Part shown: in pieces, positions 37,501 through 50,366 of the stretch
Layout: each line of letters begins with the position of its first letter
Position numbering within the stretch: the stretch's first letter is position 1
NCBI GenBank assembly: GCA_024137785.1
Contig: JAHRHZ010000264.1
Span: 16,705,946-16,769,945, forward strand
Length of the DNA: 64,000 nucleotides
Direction of reading: 5' to 3'
Source of the DNA: Ginglymostoma cirratum
Lineage: Eukaryota
Notes under the pieces: model-generated
What the model was told of the DNA's origin: nothing
The model's input: the letters and a program-made list of their open reading frames with translations, nothing else
Database searches by the model: none
Program-made: the position numbers and the translations under genes

Positions 37501-40500
37501 CGTGCTGTCAAGGGTAGGGCAAGAATGATTCACACCGGAATATATGCATTAACTGTTCAGTGTAGAAAAAAAACGCGCCATTCCCACCTCAACAAAAAAT
37601 CCTGCACTAGCATTTCTGTCCTAGCTTGCACTATGAATGCCAAATGATTCTCTCGGTCAATGTTTCAAATAGAAGCAGGTTGACATATTCACCTCTACCA
37701 GCACCTCCGTTCTGCCAATGCGGCACCTCGATTGAACGGGCAGAGTGACAGGGCTCTTGGTAAGACTATCTCTTTAGCACACACTCATGCAGCAACCTCA
37801 ATGACAGAGCAAGGGAATAGTCCTCGTTCACCACACGCACAGATCGCCCTACCTCGAACAGGTTCAACGTCAAATTATCTTTTGAAAGGGTAGTTTCAAA
37901 ACATTAACATTCAAAACACATGGCGCTCTCAGCTCTTTTTCAGTTCAACAGTCCGGTCGGCGTTAGAGTTTAGCAGTTTCGCAAATCAAAGTTTCTGAAG
38001 TCCGAAAGAAGTACTTGACGGATTGGTTCGCATGTGTCAATCTAAGTTGCCGAGTAACTGCGTGCAACTAAGGTTTCGTATTGTCCTTGCAACTGGGCAG
38101 AATAACTGGCCCAGCAAACGGGGCATAATAACTGGCCCAGCAAATCAGCAAAATAATAGTACAACGGCCAGGGAAACAATGAGTTAAAGATGCGCAGTTT
38201 AACAACATTAAAATGTCCCGCAAAAAGGAAAATTCTACTTTTTCAAAAAAAAATGCTGCAAACATGCTATTAACTTTCTATCAAAACGACATTCACTTTT
38301 CACACACTTAAATGTGTAAACGAGTGTTCCGGCTCAACGTTCAGTTTATTGGTGTTGAATGTATTCACTGTACGCTTTTTAAAAGTGTTGCTTACTTGAA
38401 TGTTACTATTTGTGACATCGGTGACATTCTCAATACACCATAAAATCAAAAGATGTCCAGTCTAGAAATTGATACTCCAATTGTATGCATTTGGAACGCG
38501 TAAATATTTGGAAGCCTTCGAAAAAGTGCCAGCAGATTAGTGTTGGTCACGATTTGTAGATTATCAGCAATGAGATTTCGGGGGGAACTGTGAAAGACTG
38601 ATTGACTTTGAGCTGAAGGGATTCAGTGCAGAATGAGGTGAAAACGTACAAATCGATGAGCAGGGATTAGAATGGATCTGATGAGAGATTGCAGGCTCTG
38701 ACACCAGCGGCTGATCGTTACCAGTGGATCTCTGACGATTAAAAGACAAATCCATGCTCAGTAGATCTTCACCGATTGATGCCAATCCTTAGAGATTTAT
38801 AGCAGAGAGCTTCCCGGTGTCCGTGGGAACATCGTTCAGTTAAAATACGGTCAATTTAAATCATGCCGCATGTATAATTCAGGCAATGAGCTGCTTTCAT
38901 GTTTTGTTTCCTGGTGATATTATCTCGGAATGTCACCTTTGTTTCATAATTAAGACGCTATAATTTTAAGGAGAACTGCCCAGGCCTGCTATTTATCCTG
39001 TAAATTTGGCATTGAATTCGCCCCGCTTTTCACTTCAATGACCACTAACGAGTTCGTGTACCAAATTGTTTTAGAAGCCAGTGACATCCGCTTTCATTCT
39101 ACAGACTACAAATCCCAAGATCCTTCAGTGTTTCAGAGTGACGAGCGAATCAAGGCTGGCAAGGGACTTGGGACAATCTCTCTGCCTCAGCTCCCACTGT
39201 GCCCTGCCAGGGGGTCACATGACCTTGCAATGCCTCTTTGTCAGAAAGAGTGCTTTGGAAGAAGACGCTAGGCAGTGCAAACCTTCAGTTGCTAAGCGTC
39301 AGAAATATATGTATTTACATTTTAAAAACCCAACAAGGTTTCCAAAGCACAAAACTTATAAGTCCAAACCAAAAAAGATACATTTGGCTGCTCTGTGCGA
39401 AAATCCCTGCTCTGCTGTTTCAAGTGGTTCATTTCAATAGTAAATTTCCTGAATTTCGGACGTTCTTTTAAAAAAATTAACAAGGGCATGTTAACGCTTG
39501 GAATTCTGTATCACTCGAGATTTTCACACTTGTGAGTACATAACGGAAATATCGCAAGAACAACTCACCAACGCACCACATTGTTTGAGTTGATACGCTT
39601 AACGAGAAGGAAGAGAGAGTTTCTCAAAATGATCCTCTGAGGGAGGTCTAATGGTCAAGAATCACATCATTGGCCAACTGAAGTGCCTGCTCACAGATCC
39701 CCGCGGTGTAACCAAACTTCCGTGACCACTGATCCTCAAATGATCTCCCGATCCCAGTTTGCTCGATAGTTTATTGAATTCTATGTAAGAGGATCCCGGA
39801 GACTTAACCCAGGACAACCCCGAAAGGTTGCAGACAATCCACATTTATCTGATGCCACGGTGATCGCCTTTCTGCAGTTGTTCCCTTCCGTGGAGCTTGA
39901 CACTGATCCCATTAAATCTCTACGAGGCCACCATTGTCCACTTTCAGTCTTTATCAGCGGTCTCGTTTTCTATCGGAAATGCTTCGGTGCCGCATCTCGC
40001 ATTTAAACGGGACATCTATATACTCATATGGAGACTACATGTATTAAGCACAAATACTGAACTCAAGCGGCCGTTCTGATTTTTAAACTTATTTTAAACA
40101 AACAGATTGCAAGCAAACCCAAGGCAACAAAAATGAAATTGAGTCATTGTCACTTAAACAAATGCTAAAATAAGTCCCCAATCATTCACACACAAAGAAA
40201 GGTTTATGAACGATTTGGAGAAAGCATCATAATTCAATCACCTACTTTAAAAAGAATCGGCAAACCCGGCTCGCAGGGTTCCTAACTTATTTTAGCTTTT
40301 CTTTTAACAGCACAGAAATGGGGGCAAGAATCATCACAGTTACAAACGCGATTTCTCTCATTCATCTTTAATGATTCTTTTCCAAGTCCTCCCAACTCAC
40401 ATGTCGTCGGAAAAACTGTAGATACAGAAAAAGAAACACTTCACTGAATTAAAAAAAAACTGCACGGTTTTGTATCTCCAATAAAGGCATGTATTATTTT

Positions 40501-43500
40501 AATCGAAGCAACATTCCGTTGTGAAAAAACGATTGGAACACATTATGAACGGTGGGAGCTTTTCACTTGTTAGTCAGTTTTACTGTTAAGGCCCGCATTG
40601 AAAATAAACAAAGCACCTTGTCTAATCTAACTTTTCCCTGTGAAAGGTGAACATTTCTCATTATTCATGTTTCGCGGAGCCGGATCAACAATATCACAGA
40701 AATTACTGAACTGAAATTTTATAGGGCCTCTCAGATGCATGACTTGACATTGAATGTAAAACGCATGTTCTGTGTGGTAAAATTACAGTGGACTGTTACA
40801 GTCTGTAATAATACATTCACTTGGGCAATCCAATTGTGCTTTTAACCGACACAGCGCAGGGCGCATTTTAGCTAGGTGCCAATTTAAAATGCTCATTTAA
40901 CTGTTTCGATTAACTGAGAAGAGATTTATTAAAGATGGACGGATTCCCCCATCGCGTAAGCTGACTTTCTTGTGAAAACTCTCCAATGACGATCGTTGGC
41001 CTCAAATTTCTATTTTTTTAAAAAAATCCAGAGCTCGAAGAAAATCCTCGCTAGTAGCCTGACCCGTCAAAGTTACCGGGTCTGAACAAAATAAGCCATA
41101 TTGTATTTGGAAGAACTAAAGATGACATTGTCCCAGAGAAAGTCTTTGGGAGGTTTAGTTCCACAGTTTTCGCTGTTAACTGAATCGCTGACCTGTTAAC
41201 GCAAAAAAAAATTAGACCCGGGGGAATCTCAAAATGTCCAATCCAGGTACACTGTGAGGAAGCAGAGGTCTCATACTTATCCCGCTGGTTCAGTTGAGAT
41301 TTTACAGTTGATCGTTCCCACTGATTATTAAACGATAAGCGGGCGAGGCTGCAGTTTTTAACTGGCCAACAAGCGATAAACTGAGACTAATGTTTCCACC
41401 CTCAGTCTTTCCGGTAATTACATGCTGAGTTAAATAGAACTGGGAGAAAAAAATAAATTAAAAAAGAAACCGTCCGGACATACAGTTGCTCTCGTCTGTT
41501 GACTCACCGATTGTAGGACTGCTCAGTGCACAGCAGCTGCGGACTTTAAAATGTTTTAGCAGATATCCCAATCACCCAACCTCACAATAACCGCCCTAAC
41601 AAAGTAAAATGAGAGTCACTACATTGGCATATAACGAAGTCCGGCTGAAAATTCCGTTTGCTTTATTTAAATTGGCTCTCAGTGACTACAACAGGTTCTT
41701 TGGCGATCCTGCAGAAAGAAGGGAGTTCTGCTTTGTTATGGAAACGACAAATCTGCTCAAACTAAGGAGAAGCGGGGATACTGGATAGAAGCGTCTAATT
41801 AATATTATGCAAGATCAAGTCGAAATTCGTTGCAAGAAACAAAACAAGTGCAAACCTTTCCTGTTTACATTTTAGTGTGAATGTGTATTATTTGTATGTT
41901 AACGTCAGTCCTCTTTAATTTCTTTTTGAGACGTCATCGAAGCTGCGGGTATAGCTTTAAATATTCATACGGAAAGACGGAATTCTTAAAGGAGAACGCG
42001 CTACAATTACAGGTTTACCTTAAAGGTGCTCTTTTATATTTTGGTAATTGCATTTTTTTATCACGGACAGTGGTGCTTTTCACAACGTTTCTCTCATCGT
42101 ATCTTTTCCTTCTTGTTTGGTCTGATCCGATACATACGAATGTAAATTCAGACCCATCAATCATCCTTAACGATCTAGTCTGGTCTCACTTACAAAACCA
42201 GCCCCCAGAGACCGGGGAAGCCTTTGCTGCGTTTGGAGCAATTGCCTTAAAAAGAAGCAAATTAAAAAATTAGAGTAAAGACTAAATCTCCAATTCGAAG
42301 CACAATTATTACAGATGATGCAAGAGCTACGAATATTTGAACAAAATATCCAATTAATAATTAATAAGTGGTCATGTAAACTGGAAACAAAGTTTTGCAA
42401 ACCGAACTTATTTTTAAAAGACTTTTTTAATTAATAATCTCTTTATTAGGCTTTATTCTTTACTGGAAGCCTAAAATGGTAATCACATCACGCGTTTGAG
42501 TACAACAAACTCATAGATATGTAAGTTTACTTCTTTTGAATTTTTTTTCTGCTTAGAAGATAAATTTAGTAATTGTGTGTGATTTCTTTTAAGAAATCAA
42601 ACTACAGGTGTTGCTCCAGTCCGGTCAAACTAGCGTTTATTCGTGTTACTAGGATGCTCACATTATCGCAATGGCGATTAATCAACGGTTTGAGTTTTCT
42701 ACAAAAAAAGTTCACTATTGCTACCGCTTTATACATGCAAATAACATTTTCCCAAATATCGCCCCCCCCCCCTTCCAGATTTGTTTGGAAAAGGAACCGA
42801 GGATCTCAAAGGCCATTTGCCAAAGCCTTCAGCGCCATCTAGTGTTAATTTACGTATTATGTGGGATCCGAATCAATGATATCCCGGTTATTTCGCTTAA
42901 AGTCCAAAACGTTCCGTGTGCTGAGAAACGAATGAATATTTGTACATATTCTGCTTCAATGAGATACATAAGAATACTTAATGGTCCACATCTCGGGGTC
43001 AATGGTGAAGTGATTATGTCCGCGGTTCACATCTATGGAGGCTGCCCACAAGACCTTGTAATTTTCGAGGCATTTATTCCTCCTTTCTTGGCATTAGTTT
43101 GATTTTGACACCAAGTTAAAAAAGGATCTTAAGGGGTCAAGCAATTATCATGTCATAAGGTATGGTGGGCAGCCAATCACATTCAACTGTTCTCACAGAC
43201 AGCAATCCAGGAAATTAAATGCACCGATTATCTTTTGCATTTTATTACCTTTTAGAGAGTGCGAAACATATATTTTGAGCACGCGCATAGGGTTAAGGCC
43301 AATGTTTAAATATCATAAGCAAAATTTTTAAACAATAAAAAAAGTGTTCTATCAAATGGAGAAATGTTAGGTTTCTCAAAAATAAAATTAGTCTTCCAAG
43401 ATTTTTTCATTCTGATCATGAACTTGATACCCTGTTAAAAACCCAGTAGCACTTCATCCAAAAGTATGTAACATCTTCAAGTGTTGGTACAATGAAGCAA

Positions 43501-43794
43501 TACCCTTTCAGACCAGCATCTGCAGTTCTCACTATCTCTGAGTGAGTTATAACCCTTTCAATTCATTCATTTCATCATGATTCCAGCCGCAAGGCATGGA
43601 CGGCAAAGCCTTTTGAGAATTGTAGAATCTTTGATAGCAACTGCTGAATTTCTGCATTTAACTGCAATTGTGCACACACCCGAAATTGCTGTTGCATTCA
43701 GAAGCATCATGATGGAGACTGCTGGTAGTTTCAACTTTTCTTTACCAACCAGAATCTAGTCCAGGATATCTTTGAAACCTTTTGATCACATCAC

Positions 43795-44120
43795 ACAAGT
43801 GCCAAGCAATGACCGTCTGTAACAAGAGAAAATCTAACCATCATTCTTTGTCATTCAGTGGCATAATGATCACACTGGGGTTACCACTGACTGGAAAGTC
43901 AACTGGACTATTCATAGAAATACTGCAGCTACAAGAGCAGCTCAGAAGCTAGGAATCCTGCAGCAAGTAACTCACTCTTGACTCCCTAAAACCTGTACAC
44001 TATCTACAAGGCACAAAACAAGAGTATCATGGAATACTCTCCACTTACCTGAATGGGTGCATCTCCAACAACAGTCAAGACACCATCCAGGACAAACAGC
44101 CTGGTTGATTTGAACCACAA
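43795..44120 (+). mobile_element. Non-LTR retrotransposon 3' region, left part (interrupted by CR1)
   Basis: 'actatctacaaggcacaa...atggaatactctccactt' encodes TIYKAQ.R..MEYSPL; same family as 29.2-30.1 kb. Confidence 0.75.
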
Positions 44121-44950
44121 AGGAAATTGGCAAATTTAATCTAAATTTGGCTGCATGGCAGGAGGAAAGTGGTCATGGTCAAAGGGAATGGAATACATGA
44201 TGAATGGAAGAACCCTGGGAACCATCAAGGATCAAAGGGACCTTGATGTATATGTCCACTGTCTCTTAAGGTAGCTGGACAGGTAGATAATATTGTTAAG
44301 AAGGCACAAGATTGCATGCCTTTATTTTCCAAAGCATAGAGTTTAAGAATGGGGCAGTTCTGCTGGAACTACACGAAACATTGGTTGGGCCGCAGCTAGA
44401 CTGTTACATGTAGTTGTGGAACACACGTTATAGGAGGGGTGTAGCTGAACTGGAGTGGTGCAGAGGAGATCTACTAGGATGCTGCCGGGGCTGGAGAGTT
44501 TTAGTTATGAAGATAGATTGGACACACTGGGATTGTTCTTCTTGGTGGAGAGAAGACTGAGGGGTGACATGATTGAAATGTATAAAATTATGGGAAGCAT
44601 AGAAAGGTTAGACAGGAAGGAACCTTTCTCCTTGGCAGACGGATCAATGACAGGGATTTAAATGATAGATTTAAAGTAAGGGACAGGAGGTTTCGAGGGG
44701 ATGTGATGAAATTGATTTCACTGAGAGGGTGGGGGGAATCTCAAACTCCTTGCCTGAATGGGTGTAGAGGCAGAAATGCAAATAATAATTAAGAAGAGTT
44801 TAGATGTACAATTGTGATGCCAAGGCATACAGACTATGGGACATGTGCTGGAAAATTGGATTAGAACTGTTAGCTGTTTGTTTATAATCAGCACAGACTT
44901 GATGGACTGAATGGCCTCTTTCTGCACTGTAGACCTCTATGACTCTATGA
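44121..44950 (+). mobile_element. 5'-truncated CR1 LINE nested in an older LINE
   Basis: ORF 44455-44661 VQRRSTRMLPGLESFSYEDRLDTLGLF..RRLRGDMIEMYKIM is the CR1 ORF2 C-terminus; ends in a (CTCTATGA)2 tail at 44935-44950. Confidence 0.9.
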
Positions 44951-45350
44951 CATTCACTCCCTCCATCACTGATGATCAATAACAATAATGTGTCCATTCA
45001 AAAATGCGCTGCAGAAATTCATTAAGGCTCCTTAGACAGCATGTTCCAAATTATAACCACAGCTGCTTCCATCCAGAAGAAGAGGGCAGTAGGTACCTGG
45101 AGACACTACTTCCAGCAAGATCCACCTCCCTCCCCCAACTGCTCAACATCGTGAGTTTGAAATATTTTGCCGTTCCTTCAGTGTCACTGGGTCAAAATCC
45201 TCCTCTGGATCTCCCTTCCTAATAGCATTGTGGGAGTACCAACAACACATGGAGTGCTGCAGTTCAAGATAATAGCTCACCACCACCCTCCCAAGAGCAA
45301 TTTGGGCTGGCCTATAATTGATGGCTCAGCTATAGACACCCACATCCATA
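44951..45350 (+). mobile_element. Non-LTR retrotransposon 3' end, right part
   Basis: 'gggtcaaaatcc...ccttcctaatagcattgtggg...gctcaccaccacc...gacacccacatcc' matches 29980-30130. Confidence 0.75.
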
Positions 45351-45699
45351 ATACCATCTATCAGTACGCTCCATGACTTATGTACTATGGGCTGAGCTCC
45401 AAAGCAGTACTAGTTGGGTGTCATCATAATTGGAAGTGCCCTGGCACACAGGCACAAGGTTTGATAAGAGCACCAAAAACAGGGGCTTCATCTTCCCTCT
45501 ATGCAATTAAAGGAATTTCTTTTCATCCAGTATGGAAAATCAGATAGGGAGACAGATATTTTCACAGTAATGGAGGAGTCAAATGAGAGAGGGTTCACTC
45601 TGTATCACAGCCACAACATTTCCCATTTAGCAGTACTTTGATGATGATGCCAGGTATTAATCTCCATTCCATGAAATTGGAATGTTTGTGTTCTTTATT

Positions 45700-46055
45700 T
45701 TTTTCATGGGATGTGGGAGTAGCCATTTGTTATTGTCCATCTCCAATTGCTCTTGAACGGAATGATGTAGTAGGCCGTGTCAGAGGGCAGTTAAATATTA
45801 AGCACCTAACTGTGGTAACTGGAATCACATGTAAACCATACAAGATGAGGATAATAGATTTTCATTCCCTAAAGTACATTATTGAACCAGATAGGTTTTA
45901 TGACAAATAACAATGGTTTCATGGCTAAAATTAGACTAGATTTTAAAACAAAAAGTCTAGCTTATTAATTCACCATTTGCTTTGGTGAGGTTCAAATCCA
46001 TGTTCCTGCAAGTATTAGCCAAGACTACTGATCTAACACCACTACGCCACTGTCT
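45700..46055 (-). mobile_element. tRNA-derived SINE
   Basis: The minus strand starts gtggcgtagtggtgttag (A-box-like) and has a degenerate B-box further in; the tail resembles the 3' end of the adjacent LINE family. Confidence 0.65.
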
Positions 46056-46157
46056 GTCATAGGACTCTTCATTTAGAACATCTACCATCCTTAGAAAGCA
46101 GTTCATCAAATCTAAGTCCAATCTATGTATAAAATCTTGTAAATTCAGGAGTGAATG

Positions 46158-47815
46158 AGAGAAAACAGCCATTGAAATGTCAAATATATAAAAGTTAAAA
46201 GTGAAATTCCACCCTTTGTTTTTCAGATCATCCCTGATTACAGATAACTCTGAGATAGTCATTGTTCCTTAGACTATTGTCCTTGTCACATTCCGATGTG
46301 GCCATGCATGGCCACTTGCACTCCCAAACCTCTCTTCAGAAGCATCAATACACCATCTTAGAGCTCTCCTGATCGTCAGGTTCATTTTATTCTTTGCCAC
46401 CTTTGAAGTTTGACTAAGAACATTGAGTAGAATTTTCCACTTCCTTGAGCGATGTGACCAGTGGTGAGAAATATGGGAAAGTATTGTCAAAATGAAAATC
46501 AGAATCTTAATGTTACAAAAAGTTCAGATTTCTCTGTGACATTCAAATGGTGAACCTCACGAAAGAGCAGCAAATACTTTATCTCCATCTCCATCTCCAT
46601 TTCCATCATTAGCTCAAATTTCTATGCAGCTTCCAATTCTGTTCTTCTTTGAGAAGCTAGATGGTGCCAATTCCCAAAGTGAAAACCAGAAGGCTTTCCT
46701 GTCAGCAGCAGTTTGCCACTTGCATTTCCAGGCCTTCATCTAGCACCCCTGTATGCTTCAATGTTCTCCTCCACTGTTCATCTAAGCAAGTTTAGAATGG
46801 CAAACCACCAGCTTCAACATGACAAAACCATTATGCCTGGACCAAAAGATGTAACTGTTCAGCCCTTCAAGATTTCACTTTGGAGCTCAGAGACAATTGC
46901 AAAATGCATGCTCTCTCAGATCACTTTGCTGCAGGGACCTACATATATCTTACGCATCTTATGACTCTAATTTTTGATTCTTTGCATGTACCCTCTTTAT
47001 ACATATTTGGGGACTGTCAGCTCTATGGCTTACATTTTTTGTGAAGAAAAAGAGATTGGCAGCTTGCAACAGTTCAGAGCATTGAACTTTCAAAGGTGTG
47101 GACATGTTGGTATGCAGTAGTATGCTACATCAATGTCATATCTATAGCATGCAACAGCAGTTTGCACTGCAAGCACTGCATCTGCCTCAATTGATTAGCC
47201 ATGTGTGAAAATCGAGGGGAACTTATTTTTGTGGGGTGAAGGGAGTCTATCAGCAATTAGGAGGTAATGATATATTCACTCAAAGTGTTCATTTGATTCC
47301 AATTTCAGCTGTTGGCTATAGTCAGTGCTGCAGATCAGTCCAAATATTACAGGTGCAGAGTCGTGGTGCCGTGGAGCCATCATTCCAAGGTGTGGGCCTT
47401 TTGTTTCTGTAATGAGACAAAGGAAGGGAATGAGTACGATGATAGTGGATGAAAAATCATTCAGTGATAATGCAGGAGCAGGAGAAGTGATACAGTGTCC
47501 CCGGTGAATGAGTCGGAAGTGCAGAGGGAAAGGAAGGTTAGTAGTTTGGGAGGATGAGGTGGGCGAGACCCACTGAATGGGTATCATGCATGCAAAAATG
47601 AGTAACAGAGTTCGAGTAAGTGATGGCCCAGTGACCATGGGATAGCAAAGTGAATGTGAAGCAATTACCTTTTCAGAGTGTGGAAGGTCACTAACCTTTT
47701 CCCTGAACTGCTGTGTGTTACATTTCACCTGGATACAGCACAGAGAAAACAGCCGTTGAAATGTCAAATATATAAAAGTTAAAAGTGAAATTCCACTCTT
47801 TGTTTTTCAGATCAT
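46158..47815. repeat. ~75-bp direct repeats (~46158-46232 and ~47743-47815) flanking a 1.5-kb segment
   Basis: agagaaaacagcc(a/g)ttgaaatgtcaaatatataaaagttaaaagtgaaattccac(c/t)ctttgtttttcagatcatc occurs twice with 2 mismatches. Confidence 0.9.
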
Positions 47816-48329
47816 CATTATGTCAGAACAGGCTGGCTGAGTCTATTGATGTGACCTACTTTGCCAGTTAGCAGGAGAAGGTGCTGCCCTCTTTTCCACC
47901 ACCTTTTCCACCAGTATTTCCAAGTTTCTGGGGCCAGTGAACCAAAGAGCTAACATGCCTTTATGGGCCATTTCCTTCAGGATTACAGTGCAGGACGTCA
48001 GTGTAAAGGGCAGTTCCTGGCTTGCAGCATCTGATGTGGCGCAAGGCTGAGGTTTAATTATGATGGCATGTATGTTACAAAGTCCTGGCAGCCATAAGTA
48101 CCCCCAATTCGCCTGCTGAATGATACCATGGCACAAAGAGGCCAGTTGCATAATTATTGAGGTGTACAATAGAAGATTGTGTAAGAAATGTCATCAGGTA
48201 AACTATGCCCCAGAATCTCCCTCAAGAAAACACTTTGTCAAAAAACTTTTATTTCTCTTTTCAGGATTGAAGTATGTTAGAAATGTTAAAAGATGTCATT
48301 TTACAAAGAGCAACTTAAAACGTTAAATA

Positions 48330-48530
48330 TAAAGTCACCATAGTTCTACTAGGGCTGCTCACTCACTGTAGAGAGATGACTGGTGGTGGTTTAACCTGAG
48401 GACCAACACATGTCAGGTGACGGGAGAGGTTGAGGAGGAGAGTCCTCATGTTAACCTCAGCCAGAGAGGGAATTGAATCTAGACTGTTGGCATCACTGCA
48501 TTACAAACCAGCTGTCCAACTAACTGAACT
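48330..48530 (-). mobile_element. tRNA-derived SINE
   Basis: Minus strand reads agttcagttagttgg (A-box-like)...gattcaattccc (B-box-like)...cctcaggttaaaccaccaccagtc...ctatggtgacttta. Confidence 0.6.
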
Positions 48531-48739
48531 GTCTAAATGCTTAAAATGTTAAATTTATGCTCAAAGTAAAAATTAGGAAAATGTCTATTAAGGTTCTAGA
48601 CTAATGGAATAAAAGTGTCATTAATACTTCTACAACTCATGCAGTGATGACCTTTAAGATGTTTATTCCCCTTCACTTCCCTCTATCTCTTCTTTTAATC
48701 TTACTCCTTGTCTATTCACAAGGCATTCACAGTGCCCTT

Positions 48740-49570
48740 TAACATTCACCTCTCTGATCCTGAATAATTTCCCCTTAGTGAAAGCTTCAACTTAATCTCC
48801 CTATGCTTCTACCCCAATGGATTTCTGCATACAATGCTGAGCTGTCTTCCATTGCCTTCTGGACCCACATCTTTGGCAATGAATTCTGCACCAGACCGGA
48901 TCCCTTTTGCTTGACACCAGTATTTTCCCTCAATCTACACATGTCCTTCTCGCCCCTTACTCTCCTTTGGTCCACTTCTTGACAACTCCTAGTGCAAAAT
49001 GAACCATTTCAATCTCTCTCTGAACTAGTCATGCTCTGTTTTCTCAAGTAAAACCCTAACATTGTCATCAAGTACTTGAAGATGGTGTTGCTGATAACTG
49101 CTCAACCAACTGGGAACTTGTAGAGTCAGATTATCAACCCGCTAACTTTCCTCCTACTTACCATGGCTTATGACCCCACCATTGAACATCAGTCATTTCT
49201 ACATCTAACATTGGCCTCACCTCCTCTCGAAATCTTCCTTCAATCGCCTCATAGACCTTCAACATGAACTGTCTGCATCGACCTTCTTCTCAAGGATCAC
49301 AACCATAACTTCTGACTGCATATTATTTACTTTTCCTTTGCAGGTTTTACTTTTATTCTAATTTTGCTCATGTTTTCACTTTCACACAGCAGCTGTTGAT
49401 CATTCTGCCAAATGTACTTCCTCTTATTCCGTTTCTTCACTTTTCCCATTACCATTCTCTTTGGTCCTGACCAATCACTCTTTCATCATTTGCTCTTTCC
49501 TGTCTTCCACTCAAAAATGATCTTTTCTGTTTATCTTTTCTCACCCTCCTCTTTTTTCACTGGCTTAAAT
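48740..49570 (+). mobile_element. Degenerate Penelope-like element (N-terminal RT region plus pyrimidine-rich 3' part)
   Basis: 'aaccctaacattgtcatcaag' = NPNIVIK (PLE motif NPDIVIKPADKG) at ~49052; 'cttctcaaggatcacaac' resembles LPKIHK; frameshifted. Confidence 0.55.
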
Positions 49571-49579
49571 CCTTTATGA

Positions 49580-50272
49580 CATACAAACAGAAGCAGAATT
49601 AGACGCATTAAGTATGTTCAGTCATTCAATAAGATGTTTGTGTTTCAATTTCCTCATTCCCATCTACCCTCAATGGTCTTTGATTTCCCTTCCTAACAAG
49701 AGTCCCTCAACCTGTATCTTAATAGTACTCAATGATGTTGCCTTCACTGCCTACACTATCTTCTGAGGTCGAGATGCCTAGAGTCGCACAGCACTATGAG
49801 AGAAAATATTCTCCTCATCTCTGTCCTGAAAGAGCAACCCCAAATTTGAAAGAGTATCCCTTGTACTCCATTGAATAAAATCATAACTGATTCACCCTCT
49901 TCTCAGATGTCAGTCCTGCCAACTCAGGAATCAGTTTGGTAAACCTTTGCTGCACTCTCTCTATAGAAAGAACATCCTTCCTCAGATCAGGAGACCAGAA
50001 CGGTACGTAATATTCCAGGTGTGGTCTCATCAAGGCCTTGTACAATGGCAGCAAGACATCCCTGTACCCGTACTTGAATCTTCTTGCTTTTAAGGCCAAT
50101 ATATCATTTGCCTTCTTTACCGCCTGAGGCACGTGTCTACCTTCAGCGACTGGTACACAAGGCACCTAGGTTTCATTGCAGACTCCCCTCTCACAATTTA
50201 TAACCACGTAGATAGCAATCAGCCTTCCTGTTTTTGCTTCCAAAGTGGATAACTCGACATTTACCACATTAT
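49580..50272 (-). mobile_element. 5'-truncated CR1 LINE
   Basis: ORF 49881-50165: AVKKANDIL...DVLLPLYKALMRPHLEYYVPFWSP.LRKDVLSIERVQQRFTKLIP. Confidence 0.9.
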
Positions 50273-50366
50273 AGATAACAAGGTGTGGAGCTGGATGAAC
50301 ACAGCAGGCCAAGCAGCATCATAGAAGCAGGAAAGCTTGACGTTTCGGGCCTAGACCCTTCATCAG
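50273..50366 (-). mobile_element. ~95-nt Penelope-derived short element with an intact minimal hammerhead-like core
   Basis: Minus strand reads CTGATGA-A-GGGTCTAGGCCC-GAAA-CGTC-aagctttcctgct...ccttgttatct; same ends as 3169-3261. Confidence 0.8.

Noticed and set aside
39815-39830. Small hairpin caacc-ccgaaa-ggttg
   Set aside because: Only a 5-bp stem, with no upstream CUGANGA core in register; expected by chance
45990-46055. tRNA-like A/B boxes here and at ~48.5, ~55.2 and ~57.6 kb
   Set aside because: Degenerate SINE heads without a cloverleaf; not tRNA genes
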